This document shows positions 10,969-21,880 of a stretch of DNA of 64,000 bases, piece by piece. Under the pieces are notes generated by a model. That model was given only the letters and a program-made list of their open reading frames with translations. It made no database searches and had not been told where the DNA came from. The DNA comes from Truepera sp. (lineage in GTDB: Bacteria > Deinococcota > Deinococci > Deinococcales > Trueperaceae). The position numbers and the translations under genes were made by a program. The DNA is taken from assembly GCA_965218435.1 (NCBI GenBank), contig CBDCKW010000005.1, positions 1 to 64,000 on the forward strand. Direction: 5' to 3'. Position 1 is the stretch's first letter. Every line of letters starts with the position of its first letter.

Positions 10969-11190
10969 AGCATGTTATGAACTCTGAGGCAATTGTAGCT
11001 GCTGAACGTGCGTCCTATACAGCAGTTGAACTGTTCAGCTGTTTCGGTATTCCGGACTCGAGCCTACCTTTAAGCTTTGAGCACGCGCAAAAAGACACTG
11101 CCGAAAGTTCAAAAAGCCTTACTGGGACGGAGTTCCCAAGCGTTGACCAAACAGCTTGGAGCAATCTCCAAGGTTCATAACACGCTTTAG
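10965..11190. mobile_element. MITE, ~226 bp, same IR family as 6907-7142
   Basis: CTAGAGCATGTTATGAAC ... GTTCATAACACGCTTTAG. Confidence 0.75.
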
Positions 11191-11279
11191 AAAGGGTACT
11201 TGAGGAGGCCGCAGCATTCTAGCAGTCAATTATTTAAGAAAGTGGACAATTTGATGTCCCCAACTGGAGGAAAGACACA

Positions 11280-11690
11280 ATGAGTATGAGAGTGAGCGCA
11301 ACCGGAACAATCGAGGCCAAGACCTGGAATTTTGAGCCTATTGAAGAACTCGGAGGCGGTAGTAAGTTGATTCGGATGAGCGCCACAGACCTCTTTCATG
11401 GAGACATCGAGGGCGAGGCTCGAGCGGAATTTGTAGCTATGGTCGCCAGCGGCAAATCGAGTGAGTTCGCTGGCATCTATCGGTTCTCAGGGAGCTTAAA
11501 CGGTCGTCAGGGCACGTTCCTGCTCAACGCAACTGGTGCAAGTGATACGAACGGAGCCACGCGGGGAACCTGGCGCGTTATAGACGGCTCGGGCACCCGT
11601 GAACTCAGCGGCGTTAAAGGTATGGGGGCCTTCGCCTATAGGTCGGGTGGACCATCATCTTTAACGCTTGACTACGACTTGGACTTTTAG
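11280..11690 (+). CDS. DUF3224 family protein
   Basis: FHGDIEG, GSLNGRQGTF, GSGTRELSG. Confidence 0.85.
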   Translation: MSMRVSATGTIEAKTWNFEPIEELGGGSKLIRMSATDLFHGDIEGEARAEFVAMVASGKSSEFAGIYRFSGSLNGRQGTFLLNATGASDTNGATRGTWRVIDGSGTRELSGVKGMGAFAYRSGGPSSLTLDYDLDF

Positions 11691-11818
11691 AAAATTCGTG
11701 GAGGCCGCAGCGTCGTGGCGAGTTTTTTGGAGAGAATAAACATTGCGGAATAAGAGGTGACGAGACCTCAAAACTCAGCTGGGCTGTTCTTTTGACCCAT
11801 AGGGAAGAAGAGGAATCT

Positions 11819-12160
11819 GTGCTCCTTAAAAATAAGCGTGCTGTGGTTAACGGTACAACAGGGGGGTAGTCAGTGCGGTGGCTCGAGCCTCTGCTCCCGA
11901 AGGCGCAAGCCTGTTTCTAGCAGAGGGCACCCTCAGTAAGCTTAGAGCCCTAAGAGGAGAAATTGTCGACGCTGGCGGTACGGCTCAAGCTGCTGAGGTA
12001 GCTGCGCTCGAGTAAGAGGAAGTTGAAGAACACCTTACTGGCGCAAACGAATTGACGGAGGAGATTCGAGCAACCGGCCTTTCATTCCAGGTGTTGATGC
12101 TCATGACTTGGGTGGCCATCAGCCCACCGACGACGAAACCATCGAGGCGTTCTACGGCGG
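11819..12160 (+). pseudogene. Degraded SDR oxidoreductase
   Basis: MLLKNKRAVVNG..VARA..EGASLFLA with frameshifts. Confidence 0.6.
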
Positions 12161-12218
12161 TTAAAGGCGGGTTCTACTCGACACGCGTTGATATGGTAAA
12201 CATAACAAAGGCGAGAGC

Positions 12219-12905
12219 ATGAATTTTCTATTTGAGGCGTATTCTTTAGACTCAAGTTTGATCGCGTCGGTATGGCGAAGCTGTAGCCCGGAAGCGGGCC
12301 GGTACATTTCGGTAGCTGCGAGCCACTGGAGTTTTATGTTCGCCAAGCGCCAAGGCAGAATCTATGTTGATGTGTGCGGCCCCGAAACCAGAGCCACTTC
12401 CGATACATTCTCGGCGGGCTCGGACGTCTACGGCATTAACTTCAAAGCGGGCGTGTACATGCCGCAACGCCCAACCAGCAGCCTCGTCGACGCGCGGCTC
12501 CAGCTACCACAGGCGAGTGACAGGGCTTTTTGGCTCCACGATTCCGCCTTGCCGATCCCGAAGTTTGAGGATGCTGAAGCGTTCGCTGAGCGACTCGCGC
12601 GGGCCGGGCTGCTCGTGCGTGACCCCGTCGTAAGCGCGTCCCTACAAGGCGAACCCCTCCGGTTGTCCGCACGCGCCCTGCAATACCGCTTTGTGAAAAG
12701 CACAGGGTTAAGCCAGCAAACGATCTTACAGATCGAGCGGGTACGACAGGCCGCAGTGATGTTAGAGCAGGGCGTCGCTATTGCCGACACGGTTTATCTG
12801 CTGGGTTATTGCGACCAAGCGCACTTGACACGTTCACTCAAGCATCTTTATGGTCAATCGCCGAGAGCAGTGGCTCAAGTAACCGCGTCGACAGCCCCGA
12901 CTTGA
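12219..12905 (+). CDS. AraC-family regulator (DUF6597-type N-terminus)
   Basis: C-terminal GYCDQAHLTRSLKHLYGQSP. Confidence 0.88.
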   Translation: MNFLFEAYSLDSSLIASVWRSCSPEAGRYISVAASHWSFMFAKRQGRIYVDVCGPETRATSDTFSAGSDVYGINFKAGVYMPQRPTSSLVDARLQLPQASDRAFWLHDSALPIPKFEDAEAFAERLARAGLLVRDPVVSASLQGEPLRLSARALQYRFVKSTGLSQQTILQIERVRQAAVMLEQGVAIADTVYLLGYCDQAHLTRSLKHLYGQSPRAVAQVTASTAPT

Positions 12906-12950
12906 ATTGCGTTTTTTTACAAGACAAGGTCTTGAGCTAACTATAGGCTC
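12906..12950 (+). promoter_or_regulatory. Putative AraC-dependent promoter element
   Basis: TTGCGTTTTTTTACAAGAC directly after the AraC stop, then TAGGCT -10-like element. Confidence 0.4.
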
Positions 12951-13139
12951 GTGGCATGAGCCCTAAAACGTAACTGCCTCATCTCTTCGGACCGTCAAAA
13001 CGCTGTTTGTGCCGTGCGTCAAGCTGACGGTTCCTTGAACTGTACTTACTGTAGTCAGCGTGCTCGGTAAGGTCGCCCAGCTTAGGTAACGCGCTTTTCT
13101 GGACCTCTTAAACATCATCCTTTCAACGATTGGAGTTAC

Positions 13140-13856
13140 ATGATGAAATTGGTAACGTTCCGTCGAGCAATGTTTGTCCTTGCAGCCCTCTGCTCGTTCC
13201 ACGTGGGTGCAGCAAGCACGTTTGTCGACTTCTGCTCGGCTGAACGGGTGCAGGCACAACCTTTAGCGTTCGAGAACACCTCGGGCCAGCCGCTCGAGGG
13301 TGCTCTTTTGGGCACAGGTACAACTGGTGTTTTGTTCTCTAACGACAGCGGCAACGGCGCGTGCAACTGGTTTCCCTTTGCCCAAACGCTTGCAACCAAA
13401 GGCTTTCGCGTGTTCCTTTATCAGTATGCCGGTGACGACCCAAGCGCCGACCGCCTTGGGGATCTTCAAGCTGCCATCACTGCCTTTTCACGCCAAGGGG
13501 TTAAGCGCATCATCCTCATTGGGGCATCCCAAGGTGCCAACCTTACGCTCATCGCCAATAGCCAAGCCCTTGCAAAGGTGGTAGCTACAGTCACCTTATC
13601 CGCCGAAGCGCGGGTGCTCGCTTCCGCAGGTGAAGAACTCGCACCGTACGCGGCTAAGGTAACATTTCCGATCCTTATGATCACGGCAAAAATTGATACG
13701 TATGGCTCTAACGAAGCGACACCCCACCTTTACGAGCTAGCCCCTTCGGAAAACAAAAAACTCCTCATCGTACCCGGGTACGCGCACGGTACCGAATTGT
13801 TAAAGGAAACAAAGGTTCAGGCAGCAGTGCTCGACTTCCTGATGAAATACCGCTAG
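13140..13856 (+). CDS. Secreted alpha/beta hydrolase
   Basis: Signal peptide, IGASQG, AHGT. Confidence 0.8.
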   Translation: MMKLVTFRRAMFVLAALCSFHVGAASTFVDFCSAERVQAQPLAFENTSGQPLEGALLGTGTTGVLFSNDSGNGACNWFPFAQTLATKGFRVFLYQYAGDDPSADRLGDLQAAITAFSRQGVKRIILIGASQGANLTLIANSQALAKVVATVTLSAEARVLASAGEELAPYAAKVTFPILMITAKIDTYGSNEATPHLYELAPSENKKLLIVPGYAHGTELLKETKVQAAVLDFLMKYR

Positions 13857-13962
13857 CCATGCAAAAACCTCACCATCTATTTACAAAATGAAAAATAGTC
13901 ACTTAGTGATGTGACGAGACCTTACGTATGGATAGAAACCTGTTGCAGAAAAGGAGAACATC

Positions 13963-14454
13963 ATGGCAGACCACATGAATCGCAAACAGCAAACCCCTCA
14001 ACCGACGGACGTACCAGCTATACGTTCACCCGCCTTAGCACCCCTTAACGCCCTCGTTGGAACGTGGTCTATCGCCTTTACACACGTTGAACTTCCAGAC
14101 ACAGTACACGGGCAACAGACTTACGAGTGGTTGGGGGGTGGTCACTTTCTTATCGAGCACAGCCGCATGGAACATCCCGAGATTCCCGACAGTATTGCCA
14201 TCATCGGTGCAGATGACTCGGGTGAGGGGTTAATCCAACACTATTTCGACTCGCGTGGTGTTTACCGCGTTTACCAGATGAGTCTAAGCGAAGGGACCTG
14301 GAAAGTCTGGCGGGACGCCCCAGGGTTTTCGCAACGCTTTACGGGCAAGTTTAGTGATGACGGCAAAACCATTGAAGTCTCGGGGGAACTCTCGAAGGAC
14401 GGGGTGAATTGGGAACACGACTTTACTCAAAATTACACTAGAGGAAATGCCTGA
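13963..14454 (+). CDS. DUF1579-like beta-barrel protein (paralog 1)
   Basis: ALVGTW, YFDSRGV, FSQRFTG. Confidence 0.7.
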   Translation: MADHMNRKQQTPQPTDVPAIRSPALAPLNALVGTWSIAFTHVELPDTVHGQQTYEWLGGGHFLIEHSRMEHPEIPDSIAIIGADDSGEGLIQHYFDSRGVYRVYQMSLSEGTWKVWRDAPGFSQRFTGKFSDDGKTIEVSGELSKDGVNWEHDFTQNYTRGNA

Positions 14455-14533
14455 GACGGCCCAGAATTTTGTGGCAGCCATGCCCAACGCACGCTTAGGA
14501 CGATCGCTCTCGGCACAAAAGCGATGAAAGGAC

Positions 14534-15664
14534 TTGATCATGATGAAACAAGGGTTTTCAAGTGGCTTGCTGTTTCTCGTTTTTACCTTTTCTATGGTGA
14601 TGGCACAAGGCACAGGTCAACCTCCGCTGTCGGCTCGAGGCTCTCACTTCGTCGGCGTGCAAACTTTGAACCTTACCGACACCGCCCGCTCGCGCACCCT
14701 CAAAATCGAGGTCTGGTACCCAACGGATGAAAAGGACGGAGCAACCTTTTACGACGCGATGCTGGGGCCGACACCGACGAGGTTACTGGGCCAAGCTAAA
14801 CGTGGTGCGGCTCCAACGACCAAAAAGTTTCCCCTGATTGTCGTCTCGCACGGTCAACCGGGTACCCGCTACCAGCTCGCTTACCTCGGTGAACACCTGG
14901 CCTCCTGGGGCTTTGTCGTGGCGAACCTCGAGCATACCGGTTCGACCTATCAGGACACCACGGACGCCGATTACGTCACCAGCCTTGTTTACCGGCCCGA
15001 AGACATCCTCTTTGCGATAGCTGAACTGCCCAACTTCATCGCCAACGCGGATAACAGCAACGTCGGCTTGGTGGGTTACAGCTACGGCGGCTATAGCGCC
15101 GTCAACGCTGCCGGTGTACCGCTGGATAAAGCTGCCCTGACCGAGTATTGCCAGAAGACGAACGATGAAGGCCCCTGCTTTGTCTTAGGTGATTTTTACA
15201 GGCTCGAGGCGGCTCGAGGCGCAACCATTAAGGCTGACCCACGGATTAAAGCGATCTTCGTGATGGCTCCTTACGGTGAACCGTGGCTCGGCGCAAAGTC
15301 CTTAGCCAAGCTCAAGGTGCCGTTGTTTGTGGCTGGTGGAACCGAGGACACCGCCGCCGTGTACGAGCGGGACGTGCTGATGTATTTCCGTGATGCAGGC
15401 TCACAGACTAAGTACCTGCTCACCTTCGCGGACGCGCAGCACAATATCTACGCCGAATGTCCCGAGTCGGTGCGCGGTGTTGAGAACTGCTTTGACCCGG
15501 TTTGGGAGCCAGACCAGGCGCACGCCCTGATCGAGCACTTCGCGACGGCGTTCTTCGGGACGGTTTTGCAAGGTGATGACGCGGACAGGCAGTATCTCAA
15601 GCCCGACTTACCCGGCTTGAACCAGGTGGTGATGCCGGGGGTGACGCTCGAGGTGAGGAGGTGA
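14534..15664 (+). CDS. Secreted alpha/beta hydrolase (PAF-acetylhydrolase/dienelactone-hydrolase-like)
   Basis: VWYP, SHG, GYSYGG, DPRIKA. Confidence 0.85.
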   Translation: MIMMKQGFSSGLLFLVFTFSMVMAQGTGQPPLSARGSHFVGVQTLNLTDTARSRTLKIEVWYPTDEKDGATFYDAMLGPTPTRLLGQAKRGAAPTTKKFPLIVVSHGQPGTRYQLAYLGEHLASWGFVVANLEHTGSTYQDTTDADYVTSLVYRPEDILFAIAELPNFIANADNSNVGLVGYSYGGYSAVNAAGVPLDKAALTEYCQKTNDEGPCFVLGDFYRLEAARGATIKADPRIKAIFVMAPYGEPWLGAKSLAKLKVPLFVAGGTEDTAAVYERDVLMYFRDAGSQTKYLLTFADAQHNIYAECPESVRGVENCFDPVWEPDQAHALIEHFATAFFGTVLQGDDADRQYLKPDLPGLNQVVMPGVTLEVRR

Positions 15665-15909
15665 TGACCGCCTGAAGCTACCGTGCTCGAGTCGTACCCC
15701 ACGGCTGATGTCGCTTAAAGAAGGGAGGTCGAGGTCATAGACATAAAGCCGGGTCACTTTATGGACCGTCGTAAAAGCACCCCCATAGGAATCTCATCGG
15801 ATGAAGGTCTGACAATCAGGAATTAGCCCGCCTATCGTCAAGGCTGCGCCGTTCATGCTGAGGCCCAGATCGAGTGGTTCAAATGGCATTGATGAGGAGG
15901 ATAAGAAAT

Positions 15910-16100
15910 ATGGCGACGTATACAGTTGACGTGTTCACAACCCTGGACGGCTTCGGCTCGGGGCCGGTGGCGTACTGGGGCAAGGAAGGCCCGCAGCTGC
16001 TCGAGCAGCGGGCGTGAACCTACGGCGAGAAAGATCAGACGCTGGTGTTCGGGGCGAACACCTACCGCAGCTCTGCTGTCGCATGCAGGTTCCTGTGTCG
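15910..16100 (+). pseudogene. N-terminal remnant of RibD_C/DHFR-like protein, paralog of 19284
   Basis: MATYTVDVFTTLDGFG..YWGKEGPQLLE..LVFGANTYR with frameshifts. Confidence 0.7.
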
Positions 16101-16505
16101 CTGACACAACGGCTCTAACCACGTGGAAGCTGACCGCATAGAAGGCGCTAAAGGGTGCGCGCCAGACTCGGCGGCGAAAAACTGGATAGCGTGACCAAAT
16201 GGTAACGTGGGGTATCAACTGAAAAGCGGCACTAATAGACCGTGGACGGAGCAATGCGCAATGTCCACGGTCTTCCATTTTGGGAAGGGCTTATGCGGTC
16301 ATTGGGTTGTAACGCTGCACTTGGCGTGGGCCACGCTTAGCAAGAATGCGAGCCAGCGGTTTGCTCCTTAGCAGAGCTCGATAGCCAGCTCCCGCCGTTG
16401 ATGTGCCAACGGCGTCGGAACGTCTGTTTAACTCGATGTCGCAACTAGAACCGCTCTTCAACATCCCTCTAGCAGGACTCTGATGACCATAACACCAATA
16501 CCGAA

Positions 16506-16560
16506 CTATATTCCTTGACACGAATATTTTTCATAAGATATATTCGGCATGTGGGAGGAC
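16506..16560 (+). promoter_or_regulatory. ArsR operator/promoter
   Basis: TATATTCCTTGACACGAATAT palindrome overlapping TTGACA. Confidence 0.6.
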
Positions 16561-16605
16561 AAATGAGATGACGAGGTGAACCGCGTGCTAGGAGAAAACT
16601 CAGCA

Positions 16606-16941
16606 ATGCACGAGACGGCACTCAGTGCTCTAGCCGAACCCAACCGCCTGCGGATCGTCGAACTCTTACGCGACGGCCCCCTGAGCGTAGGCGAGATCGC
16701 GGAACGGAGCGGGCTCCGCCAGCCCCAAACCTCGAAGCACCTTAAGGTCCTCGGCAGCCACGGGATCGTCGAGGTGCAAGCCGACGGCAACCGCCGAATC
16801 TACCATCTCCGGCCCGAGCCGTTCCTTTCACTTGGTGCTTGGCTAGAGTCCTTCGAGTACGTTATGCAAGAACGGTTCGACAAGCTGGACGACTACCTGA
16901 AGGAACTTCAGCGCCGCGATAAGCAGGGTCACGAGAGTTAA
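16606..16941 (+). CDS. ArsR/SmtB family regulator
   Basis: ALAEPNRLRIV, SKHLKVL. Confidence 0.9.
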   Translation: MHETALSALAEPNRLRIVELLRDGPLSVGEIAERSGLRQPQTSKHLKVLGSHGIVEVQADGNRRIYHLRPEPFLSLGAWLESFEYVMQERFDKLDDYLKELQRRDKQGHES

Positions 16942-16956
16942 CGAGGAGAACTACCG

Positions 16957-17469
16957 ATGCCCAACGACAAAACCGTCTCGCGCGTAGAGAACGGCAAGGT
17001 GCTTGTACTCGAGCGCGTTTTCGACGCACCGCGTGAGCTTGTGTTCACGATATTTAAGGAGCCCGAGCACCTCAAGCACTGGTGGGGACCGAGAGGCTAG
17101 GAGCTGACCGTGTGCACCGTCGACTTCCGGCCCGGCGGCGTATGGCACTACTGCATGAAGTGCGTTGACAAAAGTCAAGGCGCGCTCTACGGCACGGAAG
17201 CGTGGGGCAAGGCTTTATACCGGGCTATCGACGAGCCGGAAACGATCGCCTACACTGACTACTTCTCTGACGCGGAAGGCAATGAGGACGAGGCGCTGCC
17301 AGCCGCCGAGGTCACGATGGTGTTCACCGATCTGGGTGGCCAGACGAGGTTGGTCAGCCGCTGGGCGTACAGCTCCGCCGAGGACCTCAAGCGCGTCATG
17401 GACAGGGGTACGTTGCAGGGTCTCATCGAGATGTGGGACCGGCTCGCAGAGCGGCTCGGGGTTCGTTGA
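16957..17469 (+). pseudogene. SRPBCC/AHSA1 protein with in-frame TAG at 17098
   Basis: LERVFDAPRELVF..WWGPRG*ELTVCTVDFRPGG. Confidence 0.85.
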
Positions 17470-17739
17470 CTCGTCGGTGCTCGTCGGGCGCGTGCAGCAG
17501 CTCGTCTACGTCCCAACCGTCCGCTGAGCGCGATCAGCTCACGACACACCGGGTTGAGCCCACAGGCGTTTACCAACTAGCCCATCGCTGCCAAGCCACC
17601 AAACTCGATGAGCTCACATCGCTTAAAGGAGGCACGCCATGCTCAGGACTACCTCGAACGTTGCTCATCGCCCGACCGCTGTACAGGCGCGAACTATGTG
17701 GCACGACCCGTCCGATACCTTGGTCAAGCCGGGTGCGCG

Positions 17740-19182
17740 ATGAGCGGGCGGACGCGGGGCGCGCACCCGTGGCTGGCGCTGGCGGTCCTGGCGCTGCCGA
17801 CGCTGCTGTTGTCGGTCGATGTGAGCGTGCTCTACTTGGCGCTGCCGTCGATCTCGCGGTCGCTGCACGCCTCGCCGGTGGAGCAGTTGTGGATCCTCGA
17901 CATCTACTCCTTCGTGCTCGCCGGGTTCCTCGTGCCGATGGGGTCGCTCGGCGACCGGATCGGTCACCGGCGGCTCTTACTGATCGGCGCAGCCGCTTTC
18001 GGAATCATATCGGTTGGGGCGGCGTTCGCGCCATCGGCACCACTGCTGATCGTCGCGCGGGCCGCTCTGGGCGTGGCCGGTGCAACGCTCGGTCCGACCA
18101 CGCTGGGACTGCTCCGCACGTTGTTCCCCGATGAGAAGCAGTTCGGCCGCGCGCTCGGAGTGTGGTTTACCTCCTTCCTGGGCGGCGCGCTGGTCGGCCC
18201 GCTCGTCGGTGGCGTTGTACTGCAGGTGGCGTGGTGGGGCGGCGCGTTTCTGCTCGGGGTGCCCGTGATGGCCCTCCTGCTCGTTCTCGTGCCCGTGCTG
18301 CTGCCGCCGCCGCCAGCATCAACAGGCCGTGGCCGGATCGATGTCGGCAGCACCGCGATCGCACTCGGCGCGGTACTGCCGACGATCTGGGGTATCAAGG
18401 AACTCGCCCGCGGCGGCGTGACCCTCGCCGCGCTCATCGCCATCGTGGTCGGGCTGGCAGCTGGTGCCCTATTTATCCGGCGACAGCTGCGGTTGCCGGA
18501 ACCGATGCTGGACCTGCGACTGTTCACCGCCCCCGTGGTCGCGTACGGGCTTGGGGCAAACCTGCTCACCGGTGTCGTCATGGCGGGGTCGTCCCTCCTC
18601 GCATCGCTGTACCTTCAGACGGTGGCTGGGCTGTCGCCGCTCCACGCTGCGTTGTGGCAGATTCCGCAGAATATCGCTATGGTCGTCGGGTTCCAGCTCG
18701 CGCCGGTCCTAGCGAAGCGGCTGCCGCCCCTTACCGTCGTGGCGCTCGGCTTCGGCTTGGCCGGCGCTGGCCTCGGCCCGCTCGGCATGGTGACACCTGA
18801 CAGCGGGCCGGTACTCGTCGCTGTCACGATGACGGTCGCGTCATTCGGTATTACGGGGCCGATGACGGTGCTGATGACCCTCATCATGAGCGCCGCGCCC
18901 GCCGAGCGAGCCGGTTCCGTGGCTGGGGTCAACGAGACCGCGAACGAGTTCGGCATCGCCCTGCTCGGCTCCCTCGCAGCAGCTATCACCGGGGTCGCGC
19001 GTGCCAACGGCAGCGGTACCGCACCCGCCTTCACGGTCGGCTATGCGGTCGCGGAACTCGTCGCCGCCGGGGCCTTCGTCGCCCTCGCCGTCGGTACGTT
19101 GCTCGTCGCCCGTCGCGCCCCGCGATCGGCCAGTGCAGCCACGGATGCAGCGCCCGCCGAGATGACCGCAGTCGATCCGTGA
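17740..19182 (+). CDS. MFS drug efflux transporter (DHA2/QacA-like), high GC
   Basis: D.SVLYLALP, GDRIGHRR, ~14 TM segments. Confidence 0.9.
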   Translation: MSGRTRGAHPWLALAVLALPTLLLSVDVSVLYLALPSISRSLHASPVEQLWILDIYSFVLAGFLVPMGSLGDRIGHRRLLLIGAAAFGIISVGAAFAPSAPLLIVARAALGVAGATLGPTTLGLLRTLFPDEKQFGRALGVWFTSFLGGALVGPLVGGVVLQVAWWGGAFLLGVPVMALLLVLVPVLLPPPPASTGRGRIDVGSTAIALGAVLPTIWGIKELARGGVTLAALIAIVVGLAAGALFIRRQLRLPEPMLDLRLFTAPVVAYGLGANLLTGVVMAGSSLLASLYLQTVAGLSPLHAALWQIPQNIAMVVGFQLAPVLAKRLPPLTVVALGFGLAGAGLGPLGMVTPDSGPVLVAVTMTVASFGITGPMTVLMTLIMSAAPAERAGSVAGVNETANEFGIALLGSLAAAITGVARANGSGTAPAFTVGYAVAELVAAGAFVALAVGTLLVARRAPRSASAATDAAPAEMTAVDP

Positions 19183-19283
19183 GCAGCATTCCAGAGGCGA
19201 CGCCACCAAGCATGATGCCCGGAGTTAGAACGTCCGACGCTTCAAGAACGAACGACGACCACGAACCACTCAAGGAGGACGAC

Positions 19284-19856
19284 ATGACCGCCACTTACAC
19301 CTTCGACATCCTTGCCACCCTCGACGGCTACGGCTCCTACGACGGCGGAAACTGGGGCGGCTACTGGGGTAAGCAAGGCCCCGAGTTCCTCAACCACCGC
19401 CTCGCCGTGGTCAGCGAGGAGCAGCGGATGGTCCTCGGGGCCAACACCTTTCGGCAGTTCCTGCAGCTGCTGGGCTCGATCGATGAGTCCGAGCTTGACC
19501 CAGTGAACGCCCGGATGAGGAGCATGCCAACAACGGTGGTGTCGACGACACTCGCAAGACCCTTCGAATGGCCGGATGTGACTGTCGCGAGTGGCGACGC
19601 CGTAGACGTCGTAGCCCGGCTCAAGGCGGAGTCCGAGATACCGCTGCGCTCCCACGGCAGCCTGTCGATGAACCGGGCACTGATGGCCGCGGGCCTGGTC
19701 GACCGCGTCCAAGTGACAATCTTTCCGGTCATCAGCGGTCAGACCGGGATAGAACCGGTCTTCCAGGGTGCAGCCGACTTCGACCTGGAGTTGCTCGAGC
19801 ATCGGACCCTCGACGGCCACATCCAAGAGCTCATCTACCGACCCAACCTCCATTGA
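19284..19856 (+). CDS. RibD_C/DHFR-like protein
   Basis: AAGGAGG RBS; TLDGYG, SHGSLS, GLVDR..IFPVI. Confidence 0.88.
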   Translation: MTATYTFDILATLDGYGSYDGGNWGGYWGKQGPEFLNHRLAVVSEEQRMVLGANTFRQFLQLLGSIDESELDPVNARMRSMPTTVVSTTLARPFEWPDVTVASGDAVDVVARLKAESEIPLRSHGSLSMNRALMAAGLVDRVQVTIFPVISGQTGIEPVFQGAADFDLELLEHRTLDGHIQELIYRPNLH

Positions 19857-19963
19857 CACTGAGTTCGAAGCTGAGCGCGATGCGGCCCGATCCGTGGGAA
19901 GCCGCTCCATACGATACCTACAATGTCCTGTTTCACTCCCTAGTTATACGAAAGGTGAGGATC

Positions 19964-20571
19964 ATGCGCAAGCTCATCGTTTCCATCCATAGTACAGCCA
20001 ACGACATCGTCACTGGGCTTCCGTCTGGTGATGAAACTGACTTGTACTGGGCGCAATCCGGCATTGAAGATTCACTTGACACCTTCTGGACGTCTCTGGC
20101 TGGCGTTGACACTATCCTGCTAGGACGCGCTACCTACGAAGACTTGGTGAGACGGTGGCCGAAGGTTAAAGAATGGCCTGATGTGTCTGAGGTTACCTTA
20201 CGCATCGCAGAAAAGATCAACACGACCCGAAAGTTGTGGTAACCGGCAAACATCCTCTTGAAAGCCTCGAGTGGGACGAGTTCGAGCCGCCGACACAACT
20301 CACCGGCACCAACATTCAAGAGCAGGTCAAAGCGTTGAAGGAGGCAGACGGTGGCAACATTATTACGTTTGGCAGCCCCACACTTATGCAGTCTCTTATA
20401 AATGCGGCGCTCATTGACGAGTATTGGATACTTATCCATCCCGTTATCGTGAACGAGGGCAAGCGCCTGTTCGACAATTTAGATGGCCGTACGGATTTTC
20501 GGCTCACCAGTGTAGAAACGTTTGAACACGGCGCGATTTTGGTCAAATACGCACTACTGGAGGCCAGTTAG
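19964..20571 (+). pseudogene. RibD_C/DHFR-like protein, frameshift near 20236
   Basis: MRKLIVS..LLGRATYE / FGSPTL..LIDEYWILIHPV. Confidence 0.85.
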
Positions 20572-20709
20572 TCCTCCAGTAGCGTCAGGGGCTTGGTCGC
20601 GTAATAACCGAAGCTCAGCGCGCGCGTATCTAATGTTCGCCACTGAGTGGGTCACACGGGCTCAAGCTCGTATAGCGGCCTCAAAATTCGCAAATGAGAG
20701 GAAGAAACT

Positions 20710-21312
20710 ATGGGCAAGACGATCATGAACGTAGCGGCGGTGTCGCTGGACGGCTTCATCGCCGACGACAACGACGGGATCAACCCGTTATTCGACTGGT
20801 TAAGCAACGGCGACGTCACCTGGAGGTTCGGGGGCACCGAGCGCGAGTTGCGGACCACCCAGGCCTCGGCCGACTTCATGCAGAGCCACTACCAAGACGT
20901 GGCGGCGGCGATCATTGGGCGGCAGCTGTTCGACCTGACCAACGGTTGGAACGGCAAGATCGACTGCCCTGGAGAACACGTCTTTGTTGTCACCCATCAG
21001 CCGCCGACGGATTGGGAGTACGCCGACACCGCGCCGTTCACCTTTGTCGACGGTGTCGAGAAGGCGTTTGCTGCTGCCAAGGCGTTCGCTGGCGACCGGG
21101 ACGTCTACGTCTTCTCCGGCCAGATTGGCAGTCAGGCGCTTAAGCTCGGTCTGATCGACCAAATAGTTGTCAATCAAGTCCCGGTAGTTATGGGTTCCGG
21201 TCGTCCGTTCTTCGCTACCGGAAGCCTGACCGAGCCGCTGCGGTTGGAAAACCCGACGACGGTTGTGCAAGGCGACCGAGTCGTCCACTTGGTCTACGAT
21301 GTCAGCCGGTGA
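20710..21312 (+). CDS. RibD_C/DHFR-like protein
   Basis: VSLDGFIA, GLIDQI..PVVMGSGRPFF. Confidence 0.9.
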   Translation: MGKTIMNVAAVSLDGFIADDNDGINPLFDWLSNGDVTWRFGGTERELRTTQASADFMQSHYQDVAAAIIGRQLFDLTNGWNGKIDCPGEHVFVVTHQPPTDWEYADTAPFTFVDGVEKAFAAAKAFAGDRDVYVFSGQIGSQALKLGLIDQIVVNQVPVVMGSGRPFFATGSLTEPLRLENPTTVVQGDRVVHLVYDVSR

Positions 21313-21346
21313 GGTCCGTAATAGAACACCTATAAAGGGAGCGTTT

Positions 21347-21811
21347 ATGAACCAAGATTCAATGCAAGAGGCGTCCATACCCAACCCGGCCCTGCAACCG
21401 TTTAGCGTGTTGATCGGGACCTGGACTACAACTGGGACACACGGCCTTGTCCCAGACACCACCCTCCACGGTCGTACCTCGTTCGAGTGGCTGGAGGGTG
21501 GGGCATTTTTGATGATGCGCTCGGAGATCGATGACCCCCGTTTCCCTACCGGTATCGCGATTCTTGCGAGCGACGACTCCGAAGGAGAATATTACATGCT
21601 CACCTTCGATGAGCGCGGTGTTTCCCGAAAGTATGAAATGACGCTGCGCGACAACCTCTGGAAATGGTGGAGATACACACCGGGCTTTTCCCAACGCTAC
21701 GAATTCTTGATTGTCGATGACGGCAACACGATCATTGGGAAAGGAGAGTTGTCCAAAGACGGGAAAACTTGGGAGAAGGACCTCGACTTAACCTATACGC
21801 GTGTCGAATAA
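21347..21811 (+). CDS. DUF1579-like protein (paralog 2)
   Basis: PNPALQPFSVLIGTW, FDERGV, FSQR. Confidence 0.7.
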   Translation: MNQDSMQEASIPNPALQPFSVLIGTWTTTGTHGLVPDTTLHGRTSFEWLEGGAFLMMRSEIDDPRFPTGIAILASDDSEGEYYMLTFDERGVSRKYEMTLRDNLWKWWRYTPGFSQRYEFLIVDDGNTIIGKGELSKDGKTWEKDLDLTYTRVE

Positions 21812-21880
21812 ACCGCACATGGAGGAAGTATATGCCTGAGCTTGTTTGCGAACTGATCATCACTTTTTAAGGAGTTCATC

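Noticed and set aside
11757..13922. Shared 12-mer GTGACGAGACCT in two intergenic regions
   Set aside because: Many 12-mer repeats are expected by chance in 64 kb, and the match does not extend
17433..19294. Numerous overlapping and antisense ORFs over the MFS gene and elsewhere
   Set aside because: High-GC shadow ORFs with no recognisable motifs
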